DNA of 64,000 nucleotides from Candidatus Dormiibacterota bacterium (GTDB lineage Bacteria > Chloroflexota > Dormibacteria > Aeolococcales > Bog-877). Below the pieces are notes generated by a model. It did not search any database and was not told the DNA's origin. It saw only the letters and a list, made by a program, of their open reading frames with translations. The stretch lies in assembly GCA_027313505.1 (NCBI GenBank), contig DAHVDN010000011.1, forward strand, positions 2,131 through 66,130, written 5' to 3'. The translations under genes and the position numbers were made by a program. This document shows positions 54,445 through 64,000 of this stretch, one piece after another; position 1 is the stretch's first letter, and each line of letters begins with the position of its first letter.

Positions 54445-55734
54445 TCAGCCGTCCTCCAGCTCAACCATCCTGCAACAGATCGAGTTCAGCTCCTCAGGTT
54501 GCGAGGCGCCGGCCGCCACCGTGCCCCCGATGTTCACTCGGAGCCTGCCACGACAGGCGTTCGGCTCGAACGAGAAGAGCATCCCCTCTCGGATCTCCGC
54601 ATCCATGCTGATGGGAATCCGATGCATCCACCGGTACTCAGGCCCGAGGCCGGCCTCCGCCCCATCGAAGAGGATCCCCAACAGAGAGGCCGGGCTGAGG
54701 CTGTGGACGTGCGGCGAGAGATTCCAGCAACCACTCTCCTTGAGCGGGGCCGCCATCGCCTCGCAGAGCTCGCTGAACCTGACCCCTGGGCGGAGGGAGG
54801 CGAGGCCCGCCTCGTACGCCGCCCTGGCGACATTGGCCAGCTCCCTGGCGTCCGAGCTGATCGGACTCACCGCCACCGTCATCTGCTGCTGAGTCTCGAT
54901 TCCACCGTAGCTCGGCATCAGCTCCGCGTACACCAGGTCGCCGGCCACTATCTGGCGCGGTGCCACCGCGCCCGCCCCCCAATCCGGAGGGCCCCATGAC
55001 AGGCAGTTGTAGCCCGACTTCACGATGAGGTTGGGTGGAGAAACGGTCAGTCCCGCCGCGTAGATGGAACTCATGATCGCGGCATATACCTCGCTCTCCC
55101 TGACGCCTTCGCGAGTCACCTCCAGCATCGCCTGGCAGGCGCGCTCGCCGACCGCGGCGGCGTGCCGGGCGAGCGTCAACTCCTCTTCGTCCTTCTCCAT
55201 CATCAGCAAGCCATAGGGCCCAGACACCTCGACAAACTGGGCATGCGGCAGCGCCTCGGCGACGTGGCTCCAAACTCCGAATGGGACGTAGCCCTCGAGC
55301 TCCATAGGGTTGCGGCTGGTGAGACCGACGACGCCAACCCGCGCCTTGTCGAGATGCCGCTCTTCGAGCAGGGTCACCAGACCCGGGCCGATCAGGCCGG
55401 ATCGGATGTCATCAATCCAGTACTCACGGGGATTGCCGGGATCCGAGCGGCCGATGATCCGGAAGGCACTCCAGGTGAGGTGAACCGGTTGGCCGTCAGC
55501 AGGGAACATCACCACCCCCTGAAGGCTCTCGTTGGAGAGATATGTCTCATAGGTCTCGCGGCCTCGGAATCCCCCGACCACGAGCGCCGAAAGGTCGTGC
55601 TCCTGGAGGAAGGCCCGGGTTCGCGCAAAGCGTCGGTCCCTTTGGGAGAGGCCAAGAATTGGGGGCTGAACGTATCCACCCGAAACGACGTCAGGGCCGG
55701 TAACCGGTGCCATCGCCAACCTCCCGTCTCGCAA
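54445..55734 (-). CDS. M24 family metallopeptidase (Xaa-Pro aminopeptidase/creatinase-like)
   Basis: 429 aa. An N-terminal creatinase-type domain is followed by pita-bread fold strings (GDLVYAELMPSYGGIETQ, MLFSFEPN). Confidence 0.7.
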   Translation of the reverse strand: MRDGRLAMAPVTGPDVVSGGYVQPPILGLSQRDRRFARTRAFLQEHDLSALVVGGFRGRETYETYLSNESLQGVVMFPADGQPVHLTWSAFRIIGRSDPGNPREYWIDDIRSGLIGPGLVTLLEERHLDKARVGVVGLTSRNPMELEGYVPFGVWSHVAEALPHAQFVEVSGPYGLLMMEKDEEELTLARHAAAVGERACQAMLEVTREGVRESEVYAAIMSSIYAAGLTVSPPNLIVKSGYNCLSWGPPDWGAGAVAPRQIVAGDLVYAELMPSYGGIETQQQMTVAVSPISSDARELANVARAAYEAGLASLRPGVRFSELCEAMAAPLKESGCWNLSPHVHSLSPASLLGILFDGAEAGLGPEYRWMHRIPISMDAEIREGMLFSFEPNACRGRLRVNIGGTVAAGASQPEELNSICCRMVELEDG

Positions 55735-56141
55735 CCCATCACCCTATTTCCGGCCCCACCTGACCGGAGAACCCGATGCCCTGAGACCCGATCGAGGGGC
55801 TTGGGATCCTGGGTGGAAGGCACCCACACCCGCGGACGGGACTCCAGCGTCCGCCCACCCCATGTTGGGCCAGAGCAGAGGAGATTTTACCTCGCTACTT
55901 CGGTAGGGTGGGTTTCAGCCCGTACTCCGCGGTGGGCCGCCATGAGGTGCAGTTGTCCCCTCTCAACCCGGCCCGACCCCCAGTACCTGGAGCTCAACTC
56001 CTCCGCCAGCTCGTATCGCTCCCGGATCCGCATGGGCCCCGCCCCCTCGCCACCGCTCTCCGGCGGCCGGCCCTCGGTGTCATTCCTTGATGAGGGAACG
56101 ATCGCCCCAAGGTGCGATTGTCGCTGAGGTAATACGGAGAC

Positions 56142-56726
56142 TTGCGTTCCGGCGAAAGTATCGCTATGCTTGCGCCCAGCTCGCGTGTCATTGCACGCAA
56201 CGTCATGAACACCGTCTTAGAACGACCTCAAACCGCCGCGAGCACGCTGGAGGAACTCGCCCGCCAGCAACTCGATGCCCTCGTCACCTACGCAATCCAC
56301 CTGACCGGCACTCCGGAAGAATCGGTGGAGTACGTGACGGCGGGGCTGTTTCGTGCTCGGCACTTCCCACCCGCCAGTCTGCAGCGGGACGGCCGCGCGA
56401 TCCTGTACCGGTCGGTGACCCGAGCCGCGCGACAGCATCAGCATTTCCCGCCCCAGCGCCGGGGGGTGGCACGCATCTTCGGCAAGCGACTGCCGGTGAT
56501 CACCCTAGGGGCCTCGGCGGCCGACGCCACCAGGATCAACACCGCCAAGCGCGCTCTGTTGGCGACGGAGTTCAGTCGGAGGTCGGCTCTGCTCCTCCGC
56601 GACCTCGCCAAACTCAGCTACCGTGAGATCGGAGTCGCCATGGAGTGCTCGCCGGAGGCTGCCTCGAGACTGGTGGCCGCCGCGCGCCGCGAATTCGGCA
56701 GCATCTACCGGGACATCTCGATCTGA
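56142..56726 (+). CDS. ECF-like RNA polymerase sigma factor
   Basis: Region 4 HTH LLLRDLAKLSYREIGVAMECSPEAASRLVAAARREF and region 2-like LDALVTYAIHLTG. The start is uncertain (TTG 56142, ATG 56166, ATG 56205). Confidence 0.7.
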   Translation: MRSGESIAMLAPSSRVIARNVMNTVLERPQTAASTLEELARQQLDALVTYAIHLTGTPEESVEYVTAGLFRARHFPPASLQRDGRAILYRSVTRAARQHQHFPPQRRGVARIFGKRLPVITLGASAADATRINTAKRALLATEFSRRSALLLRDLAKLSYREIGVAMECSPEAASRLVAAARREFGSIYRDISI

Positions 56727-56728
56727 CT

Positions 56729-58762
56729 ATGAAGTGCAGCCTGCTGACCCTCAGCTGCGCCCTGGATGGCGAGCTGTCTCGGGAGCGTCAGTCGGAGCTA
56801 GAAACGCACCTGGTCACCTGCGAGCGGTGTCGAACCGGCATGCGCTATCTCCGCGAGGAGACCGACCGGATCTCTCAGCTCGTCAAAGTGACTGTTCCCA
56901 ATAGCACGGCCACGGCGCTGTTGGAGCGGGCAAGGGTCATTACCATCCCAACGGGCGAGTCCCCGAGCGCCGCGTCCACCGCCCCCGAGACACCCGAGGA
57001 GGGAGTCTCAGATCCTTTCAACCTGATGGGGATAGGTGGCGCCCAGATCATCGAGATCGGCGGTACCGCGGTGAGTTCGGCAGCGCTGGTCGGTGACCCC
57101 ATTCTGCCGTTGCTCCCTGTGACTTTAGAGCCGACCGCAGACGGCGATGAGGGGTCGGATGGGGTTGAAGGTGACCCGCCTCAGAGCGGTCCAGTGGAAG
57201 AGGCCAAAACACCGGAGCCCGAGGCAGAACACCCAGTTACAGGCGCCGGGCCCGACTTCCCTCAGGCTCTCACGGTCCCCGTCGAGCCGGAGGAGAGCTG
57301 GGAGGAACTGGAGTTTGAGCAGGCCGCTGGCCAGCCCGACTCCGACATCCCGCCCGAGGTGGTGATCCCGGCAGCTGACGCCAGTCTTGAGACCCCAGAC
57401 CCTGCTCTCCCCCCTGAGCTCTCAGATGCGGCAGCGGAGCGGCCTCAGCCCACCCTCGAGGAGGAGGATGACGCCGAGACCGATTGGCTGGCTGCGAGTC
57501 CTGCCTTCGGACCGTCCGGAGGAACTGAAGCAGGGCCGCCACCGCTGTTCGTCCCCTTCTACCTGCCGACTGCCGAGATGGATCCGCCTCGGGAGGACGA
57601 GGAATTCCAAGGTCCGCCGGCAGATCAGGTGGAGCCCCCAGAGCTGGCGACAGACCCGCCTGAGGTCACGGGCCACTCGTTCGGCTCCCCACTCCTCGCG
57701 GATCCCGTCCAAGACCCTGGGCGAGAGTCTGACGAGGTCATGCAGGTGGCACTTGAGGAGTCGGCACTCCTGGGCACGCTCAGCGCCCTGGATCACGAGG
57801 GCTCGGGTTCGCTGCCGATGATGCCCGTACCCTCCACCCCCGTGCCGACCCCACCACCACCTTCGCTCATCACTGACGGAGACCAGACCGCTGCGGGGTG
57901 GGTGCCCAATTCAAATTTGAGCCTTGGTTTCCCAGACATCGCAGCTGCCCGGCCCGAAGTAACCGTGCCCGCCTCCGATGCAGCGAGCGCCTCGGCCCCT
58001 CCCGCGATCGAGCCCAAGTCGGCCCCGGCTCTCCCCCTGCGGCCGAGGTTTGCACCGACGCGGCCCGCGGACTCGGTCGCACCCCGGTCCAGAGGAACTG
58101 CCGGGGGGGACCCGGTGCCACCGCGGAGGAGACCAGCCTCAGCCGGGCCCTCCGGTCCCGGCGGGAGACGGGAGCGTCCTGCCGCACCTCGCAGCTGGAC
58201 CAGAACCGCAACTGTGGCGATCGCGGCACTGGCGCTCTTTCTAATCGGCTGGACGGTGCTCCACCATGCGAAGGCGACACCTCCCGTGGCGCACCAGCAC
58301 TCGACTTCCACGATCAACTCCAAGCCCACGCCGACTCCGCACTCCAGTCCAACTGGCCCGTCCGGTCAGACGGTGACACTGACGGGCACGCAGACCTTCG
58401 GGGGCACAGGAAGTGGATATCAGGTCCAGAGCGCACGGTTCGGGCTGCACCAGAACAATACCCAGCTGTGGGTCGTCTTCCAGTTGGCCCAGGGAAGCGG
58501 GGCGCCTAAGGTGACCACCGGCTTCGACGGAGCCACTGCCCTCTACCTGGAGATGGCTGGGGTTGGCGGCGGCCAGAGTGTCTCCCAGCCGGCAGCGGGT
58601 GGGCTGGTCACCAGTGTCCAGCCGACTCAGATGTCGGGGTTCTCCGGAGCGGTTTACGTCATCAATTTGAGTCGAGCCACGACGGTGATCAGCGAGTACT
58701 TGCTTCCCGGTAACGGGACCAGCTCTTCGGGAGAGCGGGTGGTATTGGAGTTGCAAAACTAG
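56729..58762 (+). CDS. anti-sigma factor (zf-HC2), single-pass, with long acidic/Pro-rich cytoplasmic linker and extracytoplasmic beta-rich domain
   Basis: ATG lies 2 nt after the sigma stop. N-terminal LSCALDGELS...HLVTCERCR (zf-HC2). TM helix TATVAIAALALFLIGWTVL sits about 490 aa in. The C-terminal 150 aa are Thr/Gly/Val-rich. Confidence 0.75.
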   Translation: MKCSLLTLSCALDGELSRERQSELETHLVTCERCRTGMRYLREETDRISQLVKVTVPNSTATALLERARVITIPTGESPSAASTAPETPEEGVSDPFNLMGIGGAQIIEIGGTAVSSAALVGDPILPLLPVTLEPTADGDEGSDGVEGDPPQSGPVEEAKTPEPEAEHPVTGAGPDFPQALTVPVEPEESWEELEFEQAAGQPDSDIPPEVVIPAADASLETPDPALPPELSDAAAERPQPTLEEEDDAETDWLAASPAFGPSGGTEAGPPPLFVPFYLPTAEMDPPREDEEFQGPPADQVEPPELATDPPEVTGHSFGSPLLADPVQDPGRESDEVMQVALEESALLGTLSALDHEGSGSLPMMPVPSTPVPTPPPPSLITDGDQTAAGWVPNSNLSLGFPDIAAARPEVTVPASDAASASAPPAIEPKSAPALPLRPRFAPTRPADSVAPRSRGTAGGDPVPPRRRPASAGPSGPGGRRERPAAPRSWTRTATVAIAALALFLIGWTVLHHAKATPPVAHQHSTSTINSKPTPTPHSSPTGPSGQTVTLTGTQTFGGTGSGYQVQSARFGLHQNNTQLWVVFQLAQGSGAPKVTTGFDGATALYLEMAGVGGGQSVSQPAAGGLVTSVQPTQMSGFSGAVYVINLSRATTVISEYLLPGNGTSSSGERVVLELQN

Positions 58763-58805
58763 GCGCTTTTGCGTCTGGCCGATCGGCTGCACCGTCCCTT
58801 GGGTG

Positions 58806-59450
58806 TCAGTTCAAGCTGTAAGACGGGGTCCCCACCAGCCTATTTGCCAACCGGCGGCCCAAAAGGGTCGACTCTCGCCGCAGCAGCATGACCTCCCGGC
58901 GAATTCGGGCCATCGGGTCAGACTCCTCCAGCAGGCCCTGCTTGGCGCTCAGCTCGACGATCAGATGATCGGCTATCGCCCAGGAGAGATCGACGGCATC
59001 CCTCGGAAGTTCTGCGAACTGAGGGATCGAGACCCTGAGGCCCCGAAGGGCATCGCGATAGCGGTCGTAGGCCACCCGGACCTGAGCCGCCACAAAAAGG
59101 GGGGATGAGCGCGCGAGAAAGGTCTCCATCGGTTCCACCTCAGCACGCAGGTAGGGCCGCCCGTCAACCCGCCTGACGGTCTGGAAGCGAGTCTGACCCG
59201 ATACTGTCAGGTTGAGTCTCCCCCGCGGCAGACGCACAACTCGTTCAATCTTTGCCAAGGTACCGACCTCATAGCAGACAGCTTCGGGGTCTGTCTCGCT
59301 GCCGCCCTTGAGCGCGACCACCGCGAACAGACTGCCCTCGGCCAGGCAGTCGCGAACCAGGGCCTGGTTTCTCGGCTCAAAGATGTGGAGCGGCATCTTG
59401 GTGCCCGGGAATAAGACAACACCCAGCGGAAACAGCGGCAGAACCTGCAC
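58806..59450 (-). CDS. LON substrate-binding (Lon N-terminal) domain protein
   Basis: LPLFPLGVVLFPGTKMPLHIFEPR is the canonical start of LON_substr_bdg domains. 214 aa, with no ATPase or protease part. Confidence 0.8.
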   Translation of the reverse strand: MQVLPLFPLGVVLFPGTKMPLHIFEPRNQALVRDCLAEGSLFAVVALKGGSETDPEAVCYEVGTLAKIERVVRLPRGRLNLTVSGQTRFQTVRRVDGRPYLRAEVEPMETFLARSSPLFVAAQVRVAYDRYRDALRGLRVSIPQFAELPRDAVDLSWAIADHLIVELSAKQGLLEESDPMARIRREVMLLRRESTLLGRRLANRLVGTPSYSLN

Positions 59451-59495
59451 AGCGTCTCAGTATGCCAAAAGCCCCTTGGCCCCGGCGGCGGAGGG

Positions 59496-61379
59496 TCAGA
59501 TACGCGCCAGGGGCTCCATTCCGAGGAGCTGGAGAGCTCGAGCGAGAGTTGCCCGCGCAGCATCAACCACCCCCCGTCGTACCCCGCGGACCTCGGGGTC
59601 CTGAATTCGATAAAGGCGCTCGGTGTGCTCGTAGACGTCGTTGAAACTGGTGGCCAGGCGGAAGGTGTAGGCAGCCAGGGTCGAAGGCGTCAGTGAGGCG
59701 GCCGCCTCCGCCACGGCTCGGGGGAACTCCGCGATGACCTTGATCAACTCTCGCTCCTGGGAGCTCAGCTCCAGGGCGCGCGCAGGCATCGGCAAGGGAT
59801 CCACCCGCTGCAGAATCCCACAGGCTCTGGCGTGGGCGTACTGCAGGTAGACCCCGCTATCTCCGCTGGTGCGGAGGGCCTCTTCGAAGTCGAAGGTGAT
59901 GATGGAGTTCAGGCCGAAGCGCAACAGGTAGTAGCGCACCGCACTGGCAGCCAGCCGGGCGGCGGTGTCGGCATTCCGGGCCTTTGCCTCCACCTGTCGC
60001 TGCGCCTCGTCGAGCAGCGCATCCGCCCCGATCTCGATCCCCTGCCGTCCGCTCAGGGCGTACTGGCTCTTCCCACTGGTGGTGTCGACTCCCAACGCAT
60101 CGGCAGCAGCCGGGGACAATGCCACGACCTCATAGGCCAGGTGATGGAGGGCATCGGCCTGGCCCTCGAAGCCCAGCCTGCGCAGTGCCTCCTTCACCAC
60201 CCGTTGGGGTGCGCTCTGGCGCTGGTCGATGACGTTCACTACCCTGCCCGCGTGGCCGAATTGCAGTGGGTCCAAAGTCGCGAGATCAGGTTCCGATGTG
60301 GAGGTCGACGGGCCGCCATCGGCCCAGAGCCGGTAGCCGAAGTCCAGGCCCAGCACCCCGAACTTCCAGAGGTGGTAGGCGATGTCCTTGGCTGTGTACG
60401 TAGCTATGCCGTCGCTCTTGATCAGGACCTTGGCGTCGACCAGATCGGCTTCCCCCCCTTCCAGGGTCTCCTCCAGGGGAAGGACCCAACAGCCGCTCAG
60501 AGGACCCTGATCGGGGCGGCGCATGACGCCGTGCTCCAGAAGCAGGTCGAGGGCCTGGCGCAGAAACCCGAGCTCGATGATGTCCGACTCCCAGGTGAGG
60601 AGGTCATAACTGATCCCCGCGCGCGCCATGGTTCGCAGGTGGCAGTCGACGATCCTGCTGGTCAGCTCCTTGGCGGCGGTGGCTATCTCTCCGTCACGAG
60701 CCTCAATCGCCCTCAGCGTCTCGCGGCGCAGGTCAAGCAGGGCAGGTTCAGTCTCGTAGCGATGACACACCTCCACGTAAGCACGCGAGCAGAAGCGATC
60801 AAAGCTCTCCCCCTCCTCGGGTTGAAGCCCGAGGTGGCGGATCCCCACCAGAACATCGGCCACCTGCACACCCGTGTCGTCGATGTAGTTCTGGACCTCC
60901 ACCCGATGGCCTGTGGCCCGAAGGAGGCGGCTCACGGTGTCACCGATGCAGGCGTTGCGGAGGTGGCCCAGGTGGGCGGCCTTGTTGGGGTTGGTGGCGG
61001 TGTGCTCAACCACAACCTTGACGCCAGCCGCCGAATCCGGCGCGACGACATCCCCTACCGAGAGAGCCTCTCGGACCACCTCCGGGGCGAAGGAGTCGAA
61101 ATCCACAAGAAAGTTCAGATATCCTCCCCCACTGGCGGTCACCGCCCGGGTGTACGGAGGGGGGTTGGCTTCGAGGATGCGCGCCAAGCTCTCCGCAATC
61201 TCCCTCGGGGGCCGGCGCATGGACTTGGCCAGCCGGAATGCGACCGGAGAGGAATAATCGCCTGCCTCGGGGACCGCCGAAGGCTCGACCACAATCACGG
61301 GGGCCGCATCGGACCCCAGCTGCTCAGCCGCCAGGGCGATGGCGCGTGCGAAGTGTTCTTGAAGATCTGGCATCGGCAC
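59496..61379 (-). CDS. argS: arginine--tRNA ligase
   Basis: 627 aa. HIGH-type motif NKAAHLGHLRN, and a C-terminal DALR anticodon-binding domain ending ...LGMEPLARI. Confidence 0.93.
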   Translation of the reverse strand: MPMPDLQEHFARAIALAAEQLGSDAAPVIVVEPSAVPEAGDYSSPVAFRLAKSMRRPPREIAESLARILEANPPPYTRAVTASGGGYLNFLVDFDSFAPEVVREALSVGDVVAPDSAAGVKVVVEHTATNPNKAAHLGHLRNACIGDTVSRLLRATGHRVEVQNYIDDTGVQVADVLVGIRHLGLQPEEGESFDRFCSRAYVEVCHRYETEPALLDLRRETLRAIEARDGEIATAAKELTSRIVDCHLRTMARAGISYDLLTWESDIIELGFLRQALDLLLEHGVMRRPDQGPLSGCWVLPLEETLEGGEADLVDAKVLIKSDGIATYTAKDIAYHLWKFGVLGLDFGYRLWADGGPSTSTSEPDLATLDPLQFGHAGRVVNVIDQRQSAPQRVVKEALRRLGFEGQADALHHLAYEVVALSPAAADALGVDTTSGKSQYALSGRQGIEIGADALLDEAQRQVEAKARNADTAARLAASAVRYYLLRFGLNSIITFDFEEALRTSGDSGVYLQYAHARACGILQRVDPLPMPARALELSSQERELIKVIAEFPRAVAEAAASLTPSTLAAYTFRLATSFNDVYEHTERLYRIQDPEVRGVRRGVVDAARATLARALQLLGMEPLARI

Positions 61380-61413
61380 CTGATCGTAACCGGTCAGGTG
61401 CCGATCCCGAAGA

Positions 61414-61737
61414 TCAGACCATCGGGTCTAGCTTCGCCTTGAGTGCCGACTTGGGCTGGTACCCAACCAGCCGCTGCACCGCGTCGCCACCCTTGAACAA
61501 GATCAGGGTGGGAATGCTCATCACCCCGAACTTACCGGCGATGTTGGGGTTGGCGTCAACGTCCAGCTTGGCCACCTTGATCCTGGGCCCGTACTCCTGG
61601 GCCAGATCCTCGACTACCGGCGCCAGCATTTTGCAGGGCCCACACCAGTCCGCCCAAAAGTCCACCAACACCGGGACCGAGGACTTGATCACCTCGCTGT
61701 CGAACGTCGCGTCGCTCACCTGAACTGGCTCAGCCAT
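61414..61737 (-). CDS. trxA: thioredoxin
   Basis: WCGPC active site with the [18 protein letters not shown] context. ATG at 61737 ([12 protein letters not shown]) is preferred and overlaps the upstream stop by 8 nt. Confidence 0.92.
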   Translation of the reverse strand: MAEPVQVSDATFDSEVIKSSVPVLVDFWADWCGPCKMLAPVVEDLAQEYGPRIKVAKLDVDANPNIAGKFGVMSIPTLILFKGGDAVQRLVGYQPKSALKAKLDPMV

Positions 61738-62074
61738 TCTTCTCTCCCGCGCTGGATGTGCCACCAACAGTGGCGGCTCCGCCCGGCGCCGCTTCCGGCT
61801 TGGAACTCGAATCCGGCTTGCTCTCAGCCGAGGACTCGGTGGTTTTGGTATCCGCCGTCGACTTCTCTTTCGTGCCCGGACCGATCGAGCTGGATGTTGA
61901 GGACCGGGAGTCGGTCTTGTAGAAGCCCTGGCCCTTGAAGACTATCCCGACCGGAAAGACCATCCTCCTCACCGGCGCTCCACAGACGCTGCAGCTCTTG
62001 AGGGCGTCGTCGGTGATCGATTGGACGACCTCGAACTCATGGCCGGCCTCGCAGCGGTATGCGTAAGTGGGCAC
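61730..62074 (-). CDS. FmdB family zinc-ribbon protein
   Basis: GTG at 62074 gives (M)[36 protein letters not shown], the canonical CxxC-type FmdB N-terminus, followed by a Ser/Thr/Lys-rich tail. Confidence 0.85.
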   Translation of the reverse strand: MPTYAYRCEAGHEFEVVQSITDDALKSCSVCGAPVRRMVFPVGIVFKGQGFYKTDSRSSTSSSIGPGTKEKSTADTKTTESSAESKPDSSSKPEAAPGGAATVGGTSSAGEKNG

Positions 62075-62153
62075 TTCAGTTACAAGGCTACCCGAATTGA
62101 CACCCACGCCAAACTCAAGAGCTCACCGGCATCGGTGCTGACGGGGAAAAGCC

Positions 62154-63398
62154 TCACTGGTTGGGCATCAGGACGAGACCAGCCGGCACCTTGGGGAAGA
62201 AGTAGGTCGACTTCTGGGGCATTGCCACGCCCGCAGTTGCGGCTTGAGCCATCTCGCGGACCGAGGTGGGGTTGAGCAGGAGCCCCAGCGCACCCCTGGT
62301 CTCCACCATTCGCCCGACCTCCTCGGCGTCCCTGCTGTACCGAAGACGGCCGCCCTCCAACTCCGATACTTCGACTCCGAGCTGTGCCTCCAGGATCTCC
62401 CGATCGAGAACCGCCACATCCAAAGTGCCGCCCGCTCCATCGCGTGGGGCGGCCCGGCGACGGCGCGCCACGACCCATTTGGTCCCTGAATCCAAGATCA
62501 CAAACGCATGGTGACTTGCGACCAATTCGTCGATCCGGCGCAGCCCGACAGACAGGCGGTCGACCCGCTCCACCTCCCACCCCACCCCGACCAATGCCGT
62601 CATGAGTTCGTCCGCATTCAGCCGGCTCGCGGGCAGGAGCCTGTGGGTGGGCAGAATGATGTTGGCTCGGTCGTCCAGGGGACTGAGGAGGGCCAGCACT
62701 CCTGGAAGATGCAGACCGAGGGCCGTCTCGTAGCGATGGTGCCCGTCCGCGATGAAGAGACGAGCTTTGGACAGCCCGTCGGTGATGGTGGCGATCACAT
62801 AGGGATCCGACACCCTCCAAAGCTGGTGGCGCTCGACCCCGTAATCCCCCTCCACCACCGCTGCCGCAAGTTCCGGGCCCGCTTCGGTCTGGGCCCGCAT
62901 CGCCTCCGTCACTGGAGATGAGTCCTCATACAGGAGGGAGATGGGGGAGGTCTGTACTCCGGTGGCTAGGAACAGCCTCAGTCGGTCCTCCCGGGGCTTG
63001 CTCATGGTGAGCTCGTGGCGGAGCACCTCGTGGCGCTCGTGGGCAACCGGTTCGACCGCCGCGAAGCACCCCAAACGCACCCGCTCGCCGCTGCCGTCTG
63101 GTGCGCTGAAGGTGTGCCGGTGCAGGTACAGCGAGGGCTCCGCATCACGGCGCAGGAACCCTTGCTCGATCCAGATCCGGAGGTGATCACGGGCCCTGGT
63201 GTACCGATCCCGTTCCCCGTCCACATCCGATTCGTAGCTCCGCCCCAACTCCACCCGCACGATGTTCTGCATCGCCCTGGAGTAGAGCTCCTCCTGAAGG
63301 GGGGCGCTGATCACGTCATAGGGAGGCGCGATTACGTCGCCAAGCGAGATCTTGCCCGGGTCAAAGCGAAGTCCCGAGAACGGCATGACGCGGGCCAT
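62154..63398 (-). CDS. DUF1015 domain-containing protein
   Basis: MARVMPFSGLRFDPGKISLGDVIAPPYDVIS is the hallmark DUF1015 N-terminus. The ATG at 63398 lies 4 nt after the serA stop. Confidence 0.85.
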   Translation of the reverse strand: MARVMPFSGLRFDPGKISLGDVIAPPYDVISAPLQEELYSRAMQNIVRVELGRSYESDVDGERDRYTRARDHLRIWIEQGFLRRDAEPSLYLHRHTFSAPDGSGERVRLGCFAAVEPVAHERHEVLRHELTMSKPREDRLRLFLATGVQTSPISLLYEDSSPVTEAMRAQTEAGPELAAAVVEGDYGVERHQLWRVSDPYVIATITDGLSKARLFIADGHHRYETALGLHLPGVLALLSPLDDRANIILPTHRLLPASRLNADELMTALVGVGWEVERVDRLSVGLRRIDELVASHHAFVILDSGTKWVVARRRRAAPRDGAGGTLDVAVLDREILEAQLGVEVSELEGGRLRYSRDAEEVGRMVETRGALGLLLNPTSVREMAQAATAGVAMPQKSTYFFPKVPAGLVLMPNQ

Positions 63399-63402
63399 CG
63401 GC

Positions 63403-64000
63403 TTAGAACTCCACTCGATGCACCCGGTGCACGTCGGACACCTCGGCCAGCTGGGCAATCAGCTCCGGTGGGACCTCATCGTCGACCCTCACGGCGGTCA
63501 CGGCGCTGGCCCTTGGAGCCTCCCGACCCACCTGCATTTCAGCGATGTTGACGTTGGCGGCACCCAGGAGCTGGCCGATCTCCCCTATCAGGCCCGGACG
63601 ATCCGTGTGCTCTAGGAAGAGGAACGACCCATTGGCGAGGAGGTCAAGGCGAAGGTCGTCAAGGCGCATGATGCGGGGCTCCCCCAGAACTATCGTCCCC
63701 TCGATGAGGTTTGGTCCTCTGCCCTCCACCCGGAGCAGCAACGATCCCGCGAAACTGCTGGCCTTGGAGCTCCTCTGCTCGCGCACCTCAACCCCGTGCC
63801 TCATAGCCATCTCCATGGCGTTGACCGAAGTCACCCGATCGTGGGAGAACTGCCCCAGCATGCCCGCGACCACCTCGGCGGTGATCGCAGCGGTGTGCAC
63901 CCCGGCCACGTCCCCCTGGTAGAGGATTTCCACCGCCTTCAGATTTCCCCCGCCGAGTTGTGCCCACAGCCGGCCCATACGGTGGGCGAGCTCTTGGTAC
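63403..64000 (-). CDS. serA: D-3-phosphoglycerate dehydrogenase, C-terminal part (ASB plus ACT domains); gene continues beyond the window end
   Basis: The frame stays open to position 64000. There is a C-terminal ACT domain (LFLEHTDRPGLIGEIGQLLGAANVNIAEMQVGR) preceded by an intervening ASB-like domain. Confidence 0.8.
   Translation of the reverse strand, partial: YQELAHRMGRLWAQLGGGNLKAVEILYQGDVAGVHTAAITAEVVAGMLGQFSHDRVTSVNAMEMAMRHGVEVREQRSSKASSFAGSLLLRVEGRGPNLIEGTIVLGEPRIMRLDDLRLDLLANGSFLFLEHTDRPGLIGEIGQLLGAANVNIAEMQVGREAPRASAVTAVRVDDEVPPELIAQLAEVSDVHRVHRVEF

Noticed and set aside
59832-61442. 536-aa plus-strand ORF antisense to argS
   Set aside because: Shadow ORF opposite a gene with class I tRNA ligase motifs, and the composition is not protein-like.
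1-64000. Search for CRISPR arrays, IS elements, integrases, prophage, toxin-antitoxin or defence islands, and for long DNA tandem repeats in the acidic low-complexity genes
   Set aside because: By eye I found no repeat-spacer periodicity, terminal inverted repeats, transposase/integrase-like ORFs or compositional islands. The low-complexity regions (47900-48700, 57000-58200) are compositionally biased but not exact tandem repeats. A dot-plot would be the decisive check.

Overview
High-GC (visually about 65-70%), gene-dense bacterial chromosome segment with about 58 protein genes. I found no rRNA, tRNA, CRISPR array, transposase, integrase or prophage signature. The content is mostly core metabolism and transport.

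Gene content, in window order:
- Fe(3+)/thiamine-type ABC importer, followed on the same strand by a phosphate operon in the order pstB-S-C-A
- fabH-fabF divergent from accD-accA
- MTHFR-like gene plus a PLP decarboxylase
- MacB/FtsX-type ABC pair
- otsA and otsB (convergent)
- pntAA-pntAB-pntB and folC
- APC permease, then proline dehydrogenase, P5C dehydrogenase and a KDPG/KHG aldolase
- CUT2 sugar ABC operon with a ROK regulator
- TetR regulator divergent from an MMPL transporter
- Stand-alone groEL with a CIRCE element
- ECF-like sigma factor and anti-sigma factor
- argS, trxA, a DUF1015 gene, and the 3' end of serA

The family mix (MMPL, holin-X/DUF3618, DUF2342 protease, CIRCE-groEL without groES, many GTGA/ATGA start-stop overlaps, apparent leaderless genes) suggests an Actinomycetota-like lineage. 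This is inference only.

I see no clear-cut novel system such as a defence island or mobile element. The most unusual locus is a five-gene, translationally coupled operon at 43959-48853. It encodes a large acidic disordered protein with a tandem DUF4388-like C-terminus, a SAM methyltransferase, a small CxC..CxxC protein, a CitE/HpcH-like lyase and a Cys/Met-family PLP enzyme.

Other observations worth a second look:
- an ExxE-repeat membrane protein chained to the ABC importer
- an MTHFR-like/decarboxylase pair joined by a GTGA overlap
- a possible mammalian-style hydroxyproline route (PRODH, P5CDH, KHG aldolase)
- a 15-nt motif found in the intergenic regions at both ends of the pst operon
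- several operator-like palindromes

All family calls come from reading motifs in the supplied translations. No database search was run. Start codons are my best picks and are less certain than stop codons.
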